A stretch of DNA of 63,766 nucleotides, the filler included, from Collodictyon triciliatum (taxonomy: Eukaryota), in NCBI GenBank assembly GCA_043381765.1. It is 2 parts of 2 records of this genome, joined end to end, with 100 filler letters (N's around TTAATTAATTAA, not from the genome) between each part and the next. Parts side by side here need not be neighbours in the genome. Positions count along the whole stretch, not along the records: positions 31,951 to 63,766 come from JBHJMP010000926.1; 1 more part is not named here. One strand, written 5' to 3'. The stretch's first letter is position 1; every line of letters begins with the position of its first letter. The translations under genes and the position numbers were made by a program. Positions 45,029-59,643 of the stretch are shown here, piece after piece. The notes under the pieces were generated by a model. It worked only from the letters and a program-made list of their open reading frames with translations, made no database searches and had not been told where the DNA came from.

Positions 45029-48000
45029 TTATTCCGTGATGGAGGCGGGTGACGGTTCGGCAGGTTGCGACTCGCTTGTCCCGGCGTCCTGCGGAGTGAT
45101 TGCTGCAATCGGCGCAGAGAACATCCACACAGGAATATGAAATGAAAATGAAAAGGAAAAGAGAGGGAATTGAGAAATTAATTAATCACATCTGCACAGA
45201 ACCAGACAGAAAGGCAAACAAAAGACACACACACACACGCACACACACACACACACACGATTCACACAACATCCACAATAAGGCAGTTGCGCCGAATATT
45301 ACCTGGCGATTGCGACGACATGGGCAGGGCCACAAGCTCAATTGACTCGGAGATTCCCGGGGCGCGTCCGATACTGGGCGATGAGGAAGGTCGGCCGATG
45401 GCGCGTCCTCCGCGTCCCTGGCCGAGCAGCTTGGGCCGGGTTGCCGTGTCTCTGTCCTGTGGGGCGGCTCCGCTGCGGCCCTGAGCCCGACCCAGACGAA
45501 GACCTTTGATGCGGCTCTCGAGGCCCTGGCGCTGGGCGGGATCCTGCATAATCCACGGCAAGATACAGGTCATTAGTTGGCCTCTATTCGTGTTCTTCAA
45601 GAGATTCTTGCTTGCTTTTTCTTCTTCTTCTTCTTCTTCTTCTTCTTATCACGTTCATAATTGCTAGTGTTCTGCAGATTCAACCAACCGAGGCCAGCGA
45701 CTGCGAGTATCCCACGTCATCCTCGAGGCGGCTCTTTGTGACAACCCTCGGGCGTGAGTAGGTGTAGTCTGCATCGTAGGCGTCGTCGCCAAGCGTGTCC
45801 ATAAAGTCGTCTCCGATTTCGCTGGCTGGCGAGCCAATCTCGTCTGCACCAGCAACCGACGTGGTTTCGCTCATGTCGGGCTCGAGTGTGGCTGAGCTGT
45901 TGCCTGTAGTTGCATAGGATACACAGTTAAAAAAATTTTCTTAAAAAAAATATGAAGCAAAATGGCAAAGGAGATGGCTGTCCACAGACCAATGGCCTGG
46001 CGCAGTCTCGGGCTCGTGATTCCTTTCTTGGCTTCGTGTCTCCTGGACGTGGGCTTGGCCTCGATTTCCGACGCAAGCTTGACTGTCTGGAAGTCCTTCC
46101 ACACCTGGACCAGAGCCTGCTCGGGGTTTCCAGGGTCACGCAAGAGGAGTGGGCGCAGGATGTTGCGTTCGATAGATCGCCAGTAGTTCATAAAGACTGT
46201 GTCGTTTTCCCCGGCAATCAGGCGCATGGCTTTGCTGATGTGCGAACCAACGCGAGAAAGTACTTGCTTGGAGACACTCGGAGCATGCTCGCCGTGAGCG
46301 CGCTGGACTTTGAGGAAGTTGAGCAGCGGCTTGATAGTTCCGCCCTGGATAAAGACCGTCCACAAGACAGTAATGAGTGTAGTGGTGACCATGTACGGAC
46401 GGCCTGTGACATCCTCCGGAATGATGTAGGCCAGGGCGAAGGCAATGGCGCCGCGGAGACCGCCGTAGATCAGAATGAGCTGGTCGATAATTGGCACAGG
46501 GATGACGCGGCGGCGATTGGCTATGCCAGTGAGGAGAAGCGATCCCATTGCACGGAACACGGCGCAAAAGATCAGGTTGAAGATGATGAATCCCACATCC
46601 CATCCATGGGCAAAGGAGAACATGCTGATACCCAGGTACATAAACACAATTGTTTCCGTGGTGGAGGCCAACATTTTCAAGGTAAACTTGATGGTCACGG
46701 AGCTGTTACGAGATATATTCCGCTCCGTGTAGTGGCTCATCACAATACCAGTAAACATGATGGCAACAATACCAGACACGCGGAAGACTTCGGCAACAAC
46801 GAAGCTCAGATATCCAAACAAAAGCATAATCATCGGCTCCACAACAGAGATGGACGATGTGTACTTTGTCATGTAGGCGGAAAATAGCCCCATCAGGGTT
46901 CCCACGAGAATACCGCCAACAATAATGACAAAGAACTTGACAATAGCCACAATAATGGTGTTTGCGTCCACTACTCCAGATTGGAAGATGGAGAGGAAAA
47001 GCTTGTAGAGCACAATACTCACGGCATCTAGTTTGTATAAATGCCGTTATTGAATCGACCTCAGTGCGTGATTTGACTACAGGATTAGGTAGTCACATAC
47101 ATCGTCTCCGTTCGGAGTCATTTATATTGAAAAAATACTAAGCGACAGATGCAGCGGCGATGACGCATGAACATGAGTGAATCTTACCGTTGAGCACAGA
47201 TTCGCCAAAGACCAGCATGTGGAGGGTTTCGTGAACGTGGACTTCTTCAAAGATGGCCAAGACCTAAATAAGAGGAGCAGAGAGAGGAGAAAAAAATCAT
47301 CATTTTGGCCGAATTATTTCCAACTTGGTTGTCGAAGAAACACAAAGTATTAGAAAATCAAATTTGATACTAACAGCAACAGGGTCTACAGCAGATATAA
47401 GGCTGGAGAAAAGGAAGCACTCGATAAGGTCAGCCTTCATCGTCATAAGTCCCCAACTGGCAACGAGGTAGAGGGAGAGACCTAAGACAGAGGCAGAGAT
47501 TGAGACTTTGAGGTTCGAACTATCTACTTTAAAGTGTAAATTTGCAGATAAAGTACAGAACCTACCAATCAAGATGGTGTTGAACAGGGTTCCTGTGGGG
47601 GTACGTTATTTAGTTAGGTGGGACAATCATGCAGCAATGAATATAATAGATGGTTTCTTGTCTTCAGGATTATAACATGCGTGGTTTTCATGAGCGATCG
47701 GTGATGTTATTTTGTGCGTGTGTGGCGGTGACGCATGGACGAAAAGAAAGGAAAAAGGGAAACGTGAAAATCTTTGCAAATTATCAGCAATTACCCATGA
47801 TGGCGTAGAGATTGATTGTCCAGAAGTTGGAAAAGAACAACCCTTTGTGAAGAGAGTATCCGGCTTCGAAGATAATGGGGGGAATCAGCAAGAAAAAGAA
47901 GAGATCCTCCTTGAATTCAAAGAACGGCATGCTCCCACCGTCCGGATCGATCAGCTTCAAGAGTCCAGCATACAAGACGCCAAGGGTGATAACCAGGCCA

Positions 48001-48353
48001 GACTCGGGCATCCAGTTCATCCAAGAGCCGTGGAACACAATACGGCACACCGTCACACCAATCAGGTAAAAGGCAGTGAAGATAACAGCAAGTTCAAAAG
48101 AGGTCACGTGCATCTCAAAGACAACCAATTTCCCTGCACAGAAATGACTCTGTAAAAATAAGAGCGAAGTACAACTATACGGCAAATCACACACAAAGAA
48201 AAAAAGAAAAAGAAAAGAAAAGAAAAGAAAAGAAAAGAAAAGAGAAAAAGACGACTTACCTCCTCCTTCGTTGGCCAGAACTGGAGAGAAGAATGAGACG
48301 CATACGAGGGCCAGCACAAGCAGCAGTGGTGAAAACCGACTCATTTTGCTCAT
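45029..48353 (-). CDS. Na+/H+ exchanger, CPA1/NHE (SLC9A-like), with signal peptide
   Basis: MPESGLVI, FFFLLIPPIIFEAGY, SAVDPVAVLAIFEE, LVFGESVLNDAVSIVLY, SGIVAIMFTGI, YGGLRGAIAFAL and IQGGTIKPLL. Last exon ends ...PASITE* at 45029. Confidence 0.95.
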
Positions 48354-48918
48354 GGCTGTGAAAAGGAAAAGAAGCAAAAATCAGCAGAGGCGAAGAGTAC
48401 AGAAACCTGCTTTCACCGCGACAAACCAAGCGCAAGTGAATTACAGACGGCGTGGGCTTTGGCGTTGATCTCCGATACGACAGGGTAAAAGAAAGAAGAA
48501 AAGAGAAAGAAGGCCCGTGGTTTTTGGGCAGACCAACAACGGACGCCTTCAGACAGCCTTCAATGAAAGCGAGCCTGGCGTCTCAGCGTTTCTCGTTCGG
48601 CCACTCGATGCCCCGCTCTCCAAAAATAATCCGCACGACTTTGCTGCGATCTGATCGGTCTTGCGGTTTTACAAGTGCTACTTTGTTGCGTCTGGGCTTG
48701 ATTACGAAGGTAATCATGAAGTCTGGTATCTTTCTACATAAGTGGACTATTTCAATGGAGATGGTGTGACAAATGACTAGAAGGAGCTGCGCATCATTTT
48801 GTGCGGATTATCATCCATTTATGGAATAATTTGTGGCTGTAGACAATGTGTGCGCACGCGTTTGCCTATTATGGATTTCTCTTTTAGAATGTATCCGGTG
48901 GTCCAGGGTGCTGTTGCT

Positions 48919-51900
48919 TCACTGGCTTCGGCCAATCTTTGTTGCGGATTGCGCAGCCTCCAGCGAAACTGTGCCTGTGCTCTTCCTGCCGAGCCCAAAG
49001 ATATCTGTAAACTCCTGAACAAGAGCCCTGACCTCGGGGGAGAGCACAAACGCTGCATCTGCCGTTAATTTTTTTGGTTCATAACTTAAATAATAGCTCT
49101 TGTCGGTTTCTTTTTTTTTTTTTTTTTTTGAAGGAAGGGGTGACTCTTGAAAGAAATCGGCCTCGAGAGCGGCTGGGTTTAGTTTGTGCGCATTACCTCC
49201 ACCTCCGGTTGCCTGCTTTGCAATCACGGAGAAAAGGCTCTCATCTTTGGCGATAACAACATAATTGTCGGCATCAGATGGATTCAGATTAGCTTCTTTG
49301 CATGCAACTTTCAACGCGACATCCAATCCACCAAGCTCATCCACTGCGTGGTTGAAGGCAGAAAAGAAAAAGAAAAAGAAAAAGGTGGTTATATGAATTT
49401 ACTGAAACAAATATGCAAATAAAGAAATAAAATATATCTCAATAAATCTCTAATACCACACCCTTTTTTTTTTTTAATGTTGGGTGGCATTCACAAAGAC
49501 TTCTGATAGATTCTACCTAAGCCAAGCTCCTTCGCTTTCATGCCGCTAAAAACACGACCTTTCGCGCAGTTCGACTTAACATGTTCCGCATCCAGCTATA
49601 TACCGCAGAAAATATAAATGTGACATACACGTCGTTCGCCATAAATTTATCTCGCTGTTCAATATAGTATCATCAAATATCTACCAATAAACTGGTATTA
49701 AAAAAATACCTTTCGACCTTCAACAACGCGCATCATAAAGTCCTGGTAAGCATAATCCACGAAGGATTTCACATATGACAAGTGCTTCTCGTTCCATTCA
49801 GTGAATGCAGAGGAAATTGTAGCATTTTTGCTTATCTCAATAGAGTCATGTTTGATTCCATACTGTTAAAAAAAAAAGTAAATGAAATGAAGCGATTTAC
49901 GACTCATGCCATTTGAGAGCTGCGGTATTGTAATGCACAAAACGAAGATTGATTTTCAAAAATAAAATATATCTTGGTCTGTCGTTAGCTTGGACTATTA
50001 TTTATAGAGTACCTGATTGAAGAATCCGGATAGATTGAACTTTCCAGACAAAATTCCGATACTTTGGTTATAACCACAGAACGGGTGGATAAAATTAAAA
50101 GGTTTGAAATTCAAAATTATCAAGATTACACAGATACTGAGGCACATTCTCATCTTCTCGTGGCCCGTATATGAGTGAAGAAGAAAAATCAACAAACCTC
50201 CCCGTGATTGTTCCGGGCTGAGCCACGATTTTTGTAGCATGGGCTGCGATAAAATATCCACCACTTGCTGCAACATTGCCCATCTGTATGGATTAGTTAC
50301 TGAACACAATTTGTGGTGTCATAATCATCAGCATAAACTTGGGTTTTGTGGGAAAAATACCAAAATAATGATTGAAAAGACATTATAATTTCAAACCGAA
50401 ACAATGACAGGTTTTCCACTCTGGGTAGCTTTTTGCACTTCTGTATCGGCAAAAGATATGACATGAAATTATGCGAGACCAGACATTATACCAATACAAT
50501 ATTTGGATGTACTATGATGTTAAGGAATGACGCATTAAATCAGGTTTTCTTTCTATTAACTTAATTTTTGTGTGGGGGTTAGAATAAACCTCTCCAGATG
50601 GAGTCTGACGCAACATAATCACCACCAGGGCTGTCAATTCGCAAGACAATTGCCTTAATTTTTTTGTCTTGTACCGCTCTCTTGAATATCTATGGCGTGT
50701 AAGCGGGTAAAAAAAAAAAAATTCGTTGAAATCTATTCTAGTAAAAATAAAATAAAAAAACACAAATCTAAGCTCAGACAAAAGGGCTAGAATAATTAAA
50801 TGAAACATGAATTATCGATAGTTCAATAATGTCGTATTATTTACTTGTGCGATGGTTTCTGAGTGGCAGGAATCTCCAGGTCTCTAGTGGTGAGGTGTGG
50901 TCTAAATGACTGGGAAGCGTGGTTCCTTATGGCATATATATATGATGTCGAGATAGAGAAAACAAACCGATTGTTGTCCTGGTTGGATGGGACCAAGTGC
51001 GTATATGACCCCGATTTTGGCGTCTTTCTTTGAAGATGAGGACTTTTGCATGTACTTTTTTTGTTGATAAGAACCCCATGAAATGAATACCTTGTCCTTT
51101 CTTTTCTGGTCGTTTTCTTTGGCTTTGGTCGCATACGATGAAAGGACTTCTTTCCCAATCGAATCACGAGTCTTATGAAAAGATTTATAAAAATTTAAAA
51201 ATCATTCAGTCCTGGAATAAAATAGAGCTAAGTCTGTTCTCAATAGAAAGCATTTCAATATATAAATGTGGTCTTCTCCAATTAAAAGATGACTTGATCA
51301 TAGTACTCCACGGCGTCTATTAGCTTCTTTTCAAGAGCTTTGGTAACAATAAACGGTCCATTTTCAAACCCATCCCTACGCGGTTTTTTCTTTTAGAAGT
51401 GAGAGAAACATCAATCTTCATCATGATTTTTTTTTGACAAAACCAAGGTTAAGGCTGACCGAAAGATTAAAGAACTTGTCTCACAAAAACATATCAAGAA
51501 ACGGTGCAAAAACCTGATTTCACATTCCGCTAGGTCCCGATCTTTTGCGACATCCTTAATAATCTATTCAGTTGAAAAACGACATCGAGAAGGGAAAAAA
51601 TAGGGGTGAGTTTGTAAAAAAAAAAATACATATTTAATTTATATAGAGAATCAAAAATCCCAAGTGTTGGGAAAATTGTACGCAGTAAGCTTCCTTTTGA
51701 AAAAAATAAATTGCTAATACGACCTGCTCAGATAAATCATTCAGGAGACTTTCTGTTTGTTCTCGATGATATTTGTTATATTCGGTCTCGGTAAAGATGT
51801 TGATTGCATTTTTATACTCTTCTCTAAACTCCCACTGACTTGAAATCTTCATTTTCTCAAGAAATTCCCTCAGAAAGACACTTGATGAGGCGAGACCGGT

Positions 51901-52974
51901 GATACCGACCTTGGCAGTATTGAAAATTCTTAACATATAAATATATTGCCCAGTTTTGAAATATACGTTTCAAGGAACAAAGTCACATGACTGGTATATG
52001 CTTGATGGCTGTATCAGTATTTTAAAAGCGCTATTTCGAAAAAACGTATTTCTGCGTGTAAAAACAAATGTCCAAATCACATCTTATCTGATGACATTCA
52101 ACATGAATACGATTGTTTCGAACTTCTTTTTTTTTTTTTTAGCAGGATAGATTATACGGCTGATAGAAACCTCTGCCGAGGGCTGCACAGAGATTCTTCG
52201 GAAGCTCGACATCAAATAATAGAGCATTGTTGCGCTCGGACCGGACGGCCCGATGGTGGTTGCATGCACAGCAGTTGGCTTGCCGCTGCTCGAAAACTCG
52301 ATGACTGCTGCTCTAATCTCTTGTATCTTTGCAAACCCCATGTCGCTTGGCGGTGTCGTGATTTTGGCTACCTTGAACCGTGCGTTGTTGAAACGATTAA
52401 AAAAATCATGAAAATCAAGAAATGATGAAAATAATGAAAAAGAATGGAAATCAAGAAAAAAGAAAATGGAAATGATGGAAATAATAAATAAAAAATAAAG
52501 AATGGAAATGAGGGAAATAATAGAAAATAATGAAATAATGAGGGAAAATCAAAAAATGAAAATAATGAAAAAGAATGGAAAAATAAAAGAAATAAAAAGA
52601 ATAATTATTTTCCATACAAGGCCTTTGCACTTTGGATCTTCGCGAGCCATGCGTATAGCAGCCACCAAGTCAGCAAGAGTCGAGCTCTTTTTCCCCCACG
52701 GGAAGGGACTTTGCTGCTGCTCCACGAAGCCTTTGCTGAGATTCACGCTGAGCACAAACTCTGCAGGCAGCCGCGCCTTTTTCCAACGAAAGAACTGGTA
52801 TCCAGCAAAACCGCACGCAACAACAGCCGCGCCTCCAACAAAAAGCCAGTTTGCTCGGACGAGTCGCTTCCACCCGCCTCCACTGTTCAGGCTGCTGTTC
52901 TGGTTGGTTCGCCCGGCCTCGGAGAACGACGCAGAGGCCGCCGGACTCGGCTCAGGCGTGTTTTGTTCAGCCAT
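48919..52974 (-). CDS. sppA: signal peptide peptidase SppA (protease IV, S49), multi-exon
   Basis: N-terminal TM helix, [37 protein letters not shown] (catalytic Lys), [17 protein letters not shown] (catalytic Ser), [15 protein letters not shown] and DELGGL. Confidence 0.92.
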
Positions 52975-53239
52975 GCAGAAGGCTTCGCTGCGTTGGAGAC
53001 GGGAGAAGAAGCAAACCGCAGCGTGGGATGAATCGAAAGGCACTGTGTGTGTGTGATTCACACTTTGCTTTATGGCGTTGCGCTATGCGTTATTCACGCA
53101 AAAACAAAGGAAGGCACTGTGAAAGAAACAAGAAAACAAAAAAAAAAAACAAAAAAAAGAATAAAGCAAAAAAAGATTCACTGGGATGCGAATCATAGTT
53201 GGAAGAAAGAGCCAGCAAGCAAGCGCGCCTCAAGGAAGG

Positions 53240-54119
53240 ATGTATCAACGCAGCCTAACGCGCCGTGGAGCTGCCGAGACAGAAAGCGACTCGGCCTCCG
53301 CAAATGAAGACGTCGAAGGCAACGCAACAACCGGGGCGGACTCTTCTGCGGCGATCGGCCCGGGTTGTGCGTTTGACTCTGAGAACGATTTGTGGGACCC
53401 CGCAAAGGAGCTCGATCGGGCGTTTCGGGAGATGATGCGCGAGAAGAAGCCCGGCGAGTCGATGCAGGTTCCAAGCGCTGCGGTTTTGTTGGCCCCGCAT
53501 TTGCCGCGCTCGCTGGTTGCTGTGCTGGCAAAGCTGGGCGAGTGTGCTCCGCCGTCGTGCGATGTGATTGCTGGGTTCCTGCTTCTCTTTTCCCTCGCAA
53601 CAAGGTTCTACGGGCTTGACTATCCCAGAGAGGTAGCCGACGCGGAGTCTTTTTTGTTTTTGTTTTATTCGTTTTGTTATATTTTTATTTTGTTTTTGTT
53701 TTATTTATTTTGTTTTTATTTTTATTTTGTTTTTATTTTTATTTTGTTTTTATTTTTATTTTGTTTTTATTTTTATTTTGTTTTTATTTTTATTTTGTTT
53801 TTATTTTTATTTGTTTTTATTTTTATTTTGTTTTTATTTTTATTTTATTTTGTTTTTATTTTGTTTTTATTTTGTTTTTATTTTGTTTTTATTTTTATTT
53901 TGTTTTTATTTTTTATTTGTTTTTGTTTTTGTTTTTATTTTGTTTTTATTTTTATTTTGTTTTTGTTTTTATTTTGTTTTTATTTTTATTTTGTTTTTAT
54001 TTTTTATTTTGTTTTTATTTTGTTTTTATTTTGTTTTTTATTTTTTTGTTTTTTATTTTTTTTTTTTTATTTTTTTGTTTTTTATTTTTTTGTTTTTTAT
54101 TTTTTGTTTTTTATTTTTT

Positions 54120-54201
<82 letters not shown>

Positions 54202-57200
54202 TTTTTTATTTTTTTGTTTTTTATTTTTTTGTTTTTTTTTTTTGTTTTTGTTTTTGTTTTTGTTTTTGTTTTGAGTTTTGGGATAATTTTTTGTTTTCTT
54301 GTATTTTTTATTACCTTTAGTTCTCAATATAAATTTTTTCGATGTCTCATGTACTCTTTTTTTTTTTTTTAAATCTGCATACTTTTTTGTTTTTCTTATA
54401 TCATATTAGGTCGTTTTTGATGAGGTCCATTTCGGTGGATTCACAAACAATTACATCAAGGTTTGGGCTAGGCGATGCTCTTTTTTTCAGCTTTCTCTTT
54501 GTAATAAATATTCATGAAGTAGACTGATGGGCTTATTTGTTTTTAAAATGCGAATTCAGGGACAACATTTTTTTGACATTCACCCGCCTCTGACGAAGTT
54601 GATGTTCTTCTTCATCGCCAAAGCGATCGGGTGAGCTTCTAGTCCATTATAATTCAGCCTTTCATATGTATTGAAATCAAGAAGAAAGTATGCCGAAGAG
54701 GACAAGCTATTTGTAGATGAGATGCATTAAGTTGAATGAAATAGGTGTGGCGCCTCATTCATCATGCTATTTGAAATCAATAAAATGCAGGTATGATGGA
54801 CACTACGACTATGAAAAGATATCAAACGCATATGACGATTCCTCGTATTACTACCTACGTTGTTTACCTGCGTTCACGGGGAGCTTCATCCCTGTCTTTG
54901 TGTATATGACACTTCGAGAATTCGGGTAATGGCTCGTATCAAAACATCGCGGCACTGTTTTGTCTATATTTTCTTTTCAAATAAAGAACTATGTATGTTT
55001 TCAATTACAAAGTGTTGTGGTTCAGTATTATGTGTGCCTTCCGTTTTGTTGTTTAATGGTATTTCTATCAAACCTAGCACAAATGTCTTCGCCGCAACTA
55101 TCGGGGCAATATTCCTGATATGTGATATGTGCCTCTTGATTGAATCCAGAATCATCGTGACAGATGGTGTTCTCCTCTTCTTTGTGGCTGGTGCTTTTTA
55201 TTTCCATTCAGTTGTCCGAGTAAGTTTCGTTCTATTTATCTATCATTTACAACGAAATTTAAACATATTGTACTCTGCCTTAGTCGCGTTGTGGGGTAGA
55301 AAAGAAAACCGGTAAAATCATTTCCTCTAATACGATAAAAAAAACTCTTTGGTTTATTCTAGAATACAAAACCGATGACAACCGAATGGTACAAATGGTT
55401 GTTTTTCTGCGGAATCTTTATCGGCGGGTGTGTGAGTACAAAATGGACAGCGCTTGGAACAATGGGAATCATCGGTAAATGCTTCTAATTTTCCTAGTAT
55501 GTGGGTTGTATTACCTTTGGTTAGAAACATCAAATCAAACATAACGAAATAATGGGACATCGTGTAGGAGGATGACAAAATCGATCTCTTTATTTTCGAT
55601 ATTATCGGCTCGTAGAAAACATTTTTAAGCTTTTTGCCTAGATATTGTTTTGGAATGAGGTTTCAATCCAGTTTAATGTGTTCATTTCTTTCTTTTCTCG
55701 TAGGATTGGACAATTTATTCATTCTCATGAATACCTGGACTGGAAAAAGCCGAAAATACCTTATGAATGATTGGGGTTGGAGGCTTTTGTTCCTGCTCTG
55801 TATTCCTGTTGTCATTTACATCTGGTCATGGGCCCTCCATTTTCAGTATCTCACTCACTCTGGCGAAGGAGACACCATGGTATCTCCCGACATTCAAAAA
55901 AGATTTATCGGAAACCAGTTTGAAAATGTAAATTCAAAGTGATATCATAGACGATACTTTTTATGTTTGTTATGAACAAAAGTTAATATCGACCGCATTA
56001 GCAATTCTATTATCTTTTACAGACAAAGAGGAAAATGCATAGTCTTCATGTATGCCACCTTTCTTTTCTGATACGAAGTTCAAGACATTCAGAGTAAAAT
56101 ACCTTGATTGTTATAATGTAGAACGCCGATATTGAGAAAGCTTCGCTCCTCACAGCTATATTTAAGATTCAAATTAAGGTGTATGTTCATAACAAAGCCA
56201 TCACGCAACCACATGGATCTATGAGCTCGTGGTGGTCGTGGCCATTCCTTGTCCATGGGATGGGCTATTGGGGCACCACACTTCCCAAGGAGGTATGACT
56301 TGCTCGTAATTTTAAGAAAATAATTCCTGTGAGTCAGAATTATTTGCCTAAAACGAGTTATGTTTTGATTCCCATTACTTAAATTTAGAAAAATGGAGGG
56401 TTTGCATTAAAATTTAATTTCCTTTGAACCTAAAATCAAAGAATCCAGCCGACCCTGAAAGGCGACGTGTCATCTATTTGTTGGGAAATCCCTTCGTTTG
56501 GTGGTCTACAACAGCAGTTTTTTTCGGGTATGACTTTTTGCTTGTTAATTTAGAAAATATACCAGGCTAACTACTTCTACTTGTTGGTGTTTATTGATAC
56601 AGCTGCGCTTTATTTTGCTTTTCTTTCCCTTATAATTTTTTTTTAATGTTTCCCTTTTATCTTTTTGCAGCTCGCTGGATTGTATTTTATGTTTTATAAA
56701 AGGACTGTCTCCTCTACACGCATCTATATTTCCATGCTAACATATTTTTTTCAAAGGTACTTCTTTTACTTGATGTATTCCCCATGGAGAGAAGCAAGAA
56801 TTCAAACCACTGAGCTTGCTTTTATAATTCGATGCATGGTTCTCCTCGGAGGACACCTGCTGAACTGGCTGCCTTACATCTTGGTATGGTCACATTATTC
56901 AATGGATTCTGTGGATGGCAACCATAATATTAAGCAATCTGTTGTATTTAATCACTATTCTTTGTTCTCCTTCATTTTATTGCATGAACCTTCTCAAAAA
57001 CACAGGTTCCACGAGTTACTTTCCTCTATCACTACCTGCCCAGTCTCATCTACGCTGTTTTGCTCTTTTGTGTTGTATTGGACTATCTTTTTCCCAACCT
57101 GACCGACGAGTCTCCAGCTGCGCGCTCACGAAATGCTTTCCAGCTCTCAGCCAAGCACACGATGTATCTCTATTGTGCAATCTGCTCTCTCGCCATTCTG

Positions 57201-57290
57201 TTCTTCCTTTACTTCACCCCTGACACATACGCTTTCCCGATGACCCGAGTAGAGAGGGAGGCGAAGCGTTGGTTTGACAGCTGGCACTAA
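53240..57290 (+). CDS. dolichyl-phosphate-mannose:protein O-mannosyltransferase (GT39), lacking the MIR domain
   Basis: TRFYGLDYPRE|VVFDEVHFGGF, FFDIHPPLTK, ESRII, STKWTAL, HFQYLTHSGEGD, SSWWSWP, IYLLGNPFVWW, NWLPY and RVTFLYHYLPSL. Confidence 0.93.
53650..54272. repeat. T-rich compound array (TTTTTA/TTTTG, poly-T) in PMT intron 1
   Basis: Directly visible. Confidence 0.95.
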
Positions 57291-57742
57291 ATCGAGGCGA
57301 TGAATCGATTCTTTCGTTTTCATCTCACTTCATCCCCTGCATTGTGATAGATTTATTCCTAGTATCGCTAGAACCAAGTATGTGTCATTACAAATAGCTT
57401 CTTCATTGGACAGAGATACATTTATCGTTGCGACTTTCGTGATTTACATGACCACAAACATTAACTGCGAAGAGAATAATGAATTTAATTATATAATCCA
57501 CAAGTGTTTATTGCGTGAGTATTTTTCGGGAGCCAAGGTTTTTTGTAATGACTTCCATAATTGGATGGACCGAGTCTGCAAAAGCGCAAGAAAACTGAGT
57601 CACTGCCACAAAGAAAGGGAGAAAAAAAAATACACTACGCGCCTATTTGACAGGGGCAACAGCAGCGAGGCTCCTGTAGGAAGGATTCGACTTAAATGCG
57701 CCTTGTGCAGGTTTGTGAGCGCGTGAAAGCGACTTTCTTTCG

Positions 57743-59643
57743 ATGGAGAGTTTCTTGGAGGCGTTGAAAACAACGGTTGTTGGGCAGCAGCTCTGGGCAT
57801 CGTTGCTTCAGAAGTGGCCATATTCAGACCGTATGTCCTGTTTTTACTGTCGATCGTGGGTTTTCTAGCTTTGGATCGGTGCCTGTCTCCATTAATCCTC
57901 TTGTTTTTTAAACATGTTTGCATATATTCTCGTGCTCTTGATGTACTTTGTAAATATGCTTTCGTCTTTTGCGTTTCTCGTCGCCCACAACGTAGCGACT
58001 TTCTTTCCTCAACACTCATCCAGACTTTTTCTCCATTCGTATTCTAGGAGCACTCTTTTTTCTACTGGGACTCTCTGTCCATGAGATTCAGTTTCTCTTA
58101 CTCAACACCGGTCTTTACCTGATCCGAAAGTTTAATCTCTTTCAAAAGGTATTATTTCTCGTTTTCTATTATTTATTTATTTCTTTATTTATTTCTTTAT
58201 TTATTTCTTTATTTATTTCTTTATTTATTTATTTATTTATTTCTTTGTTTATTTGTTTATTTGTTTATTTGTTTATTTGTTTATTTGTTTATTTGTTTAT
58301 TTGTTTATTTGTCTCTCAGACTATTTGTCATGGTGCCTCTTCGTTTTGTATTTTGTTTCTCTATTGTAAACAATCACCCTTCTCGAAAAAAAATATGCAG
58401 TATAGAATACACCAAGAGGATCCACCCGCTGCTTTAGTTTGGTACGGATTTGACTAATTGCGACGTATTGTTTTTAATTCAGAATAATTAGAATATGTGA
58501 CCATGTCATTGAGTGAAATGAATGAGAATCGGGAAGCCACTTTGTAAATAAAAACTTTCCATGGTTAGGACTGCTGTCAAAGACGCCATGGCCAACCATC
58601 TTGTCATTAACCCGCTTTCCTATTGGTTCGCCTATGATGCCTTTGTGTACCTTGGAATGAATTTGGTGTGTACTGTCGCGTCGTTCAGACTGTTTATTAT
58701 TCCCGCTGTTGTCACGGCTGAATACCTCATCTAATCATTCCATGCTCTAGTCACAGCTCACAGTTCACTTGACGTTTGAAAAACTGGCAGCTCTTTCTTT
58801 CTTTCTTTCTTTTTAGTGAATTATTAATCAGAAGATATTGATGATTATCTCTCAAAACAATACAGCGAAATCCTCTTCCGCCACTGGCCGTGATTTTTGC
58901 ACAAGTCCTTTTCTGTATCTGCTGCGAAGATACCCTTTTCTACTGGTCTCATCGACTTGTTTGTTCTTTCCATCGTTTTTTTTTTGTCGCCTCTTTCATC
59001 GTGTGTATATATTGACAGTATGATGCACCTTTTTTTAAAAAAGAACAGTAATAGTAATAATCATCCGAAATAGCCTCATCTCACTCTTATCACAAATACA
59101 CAGCTTCACCACCCATCCATCTACAAGCACATCCACAAGCAGCACCACCAGTTCAAATACTCCATCGGACTTGCGAGCGAATACGCCCACCCGATCGAAA
59201 ACCTTGTCAACACCTTCAACCTAATTATCGGCCCTGTCCTTCTGCGCGCCCACCCTGTCGTCTTCTTTGCTTGGTTTGCTGTCCGCATTGCAGAGACCGT
59301 CGACGCCCACAGCGGCTACCAATTCCCATTCAGGTGTGTCTCTGCTACCAAACCCATGCCTACTCAACATAACAAACCATCATGACATCTTCGCAGTCGA
59401 TGGATTAATAATAAGTATTCTCTTTTTTTAAACTATATACATGCATGTATACAAAGTCCCTTTGAGCAGCTGCTGCGCATCCAAGGAGGAGCCGCGCGCC
59501 ACGACTACCATCATTCCCACAACGTGGGCAGCTACGGCTCCTGGTTCAAGTTCTGGGATTGGATCTGCGGCACAGACAAGCCCTTCAAGGAGTATCAGGC
59601 CGCCAAGGCGAAGAAGGCGCAGGAATCCAAGAAGCAACAATGA
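57743..59643 (+). CDS. sterol C4-methyl oxidase / fatty-acid-hydroxylase family (ERG25/SMO-like)
   Basis: His boxes EDTLFYWSHRLLH, YKHIHKQHH, SEYAHPIE, ETVDAHSGY, HDYHH, then WDWICGTD. Ends in a KKxx ER-retrieval signal (KKQQ*). Confidence 0.9.
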
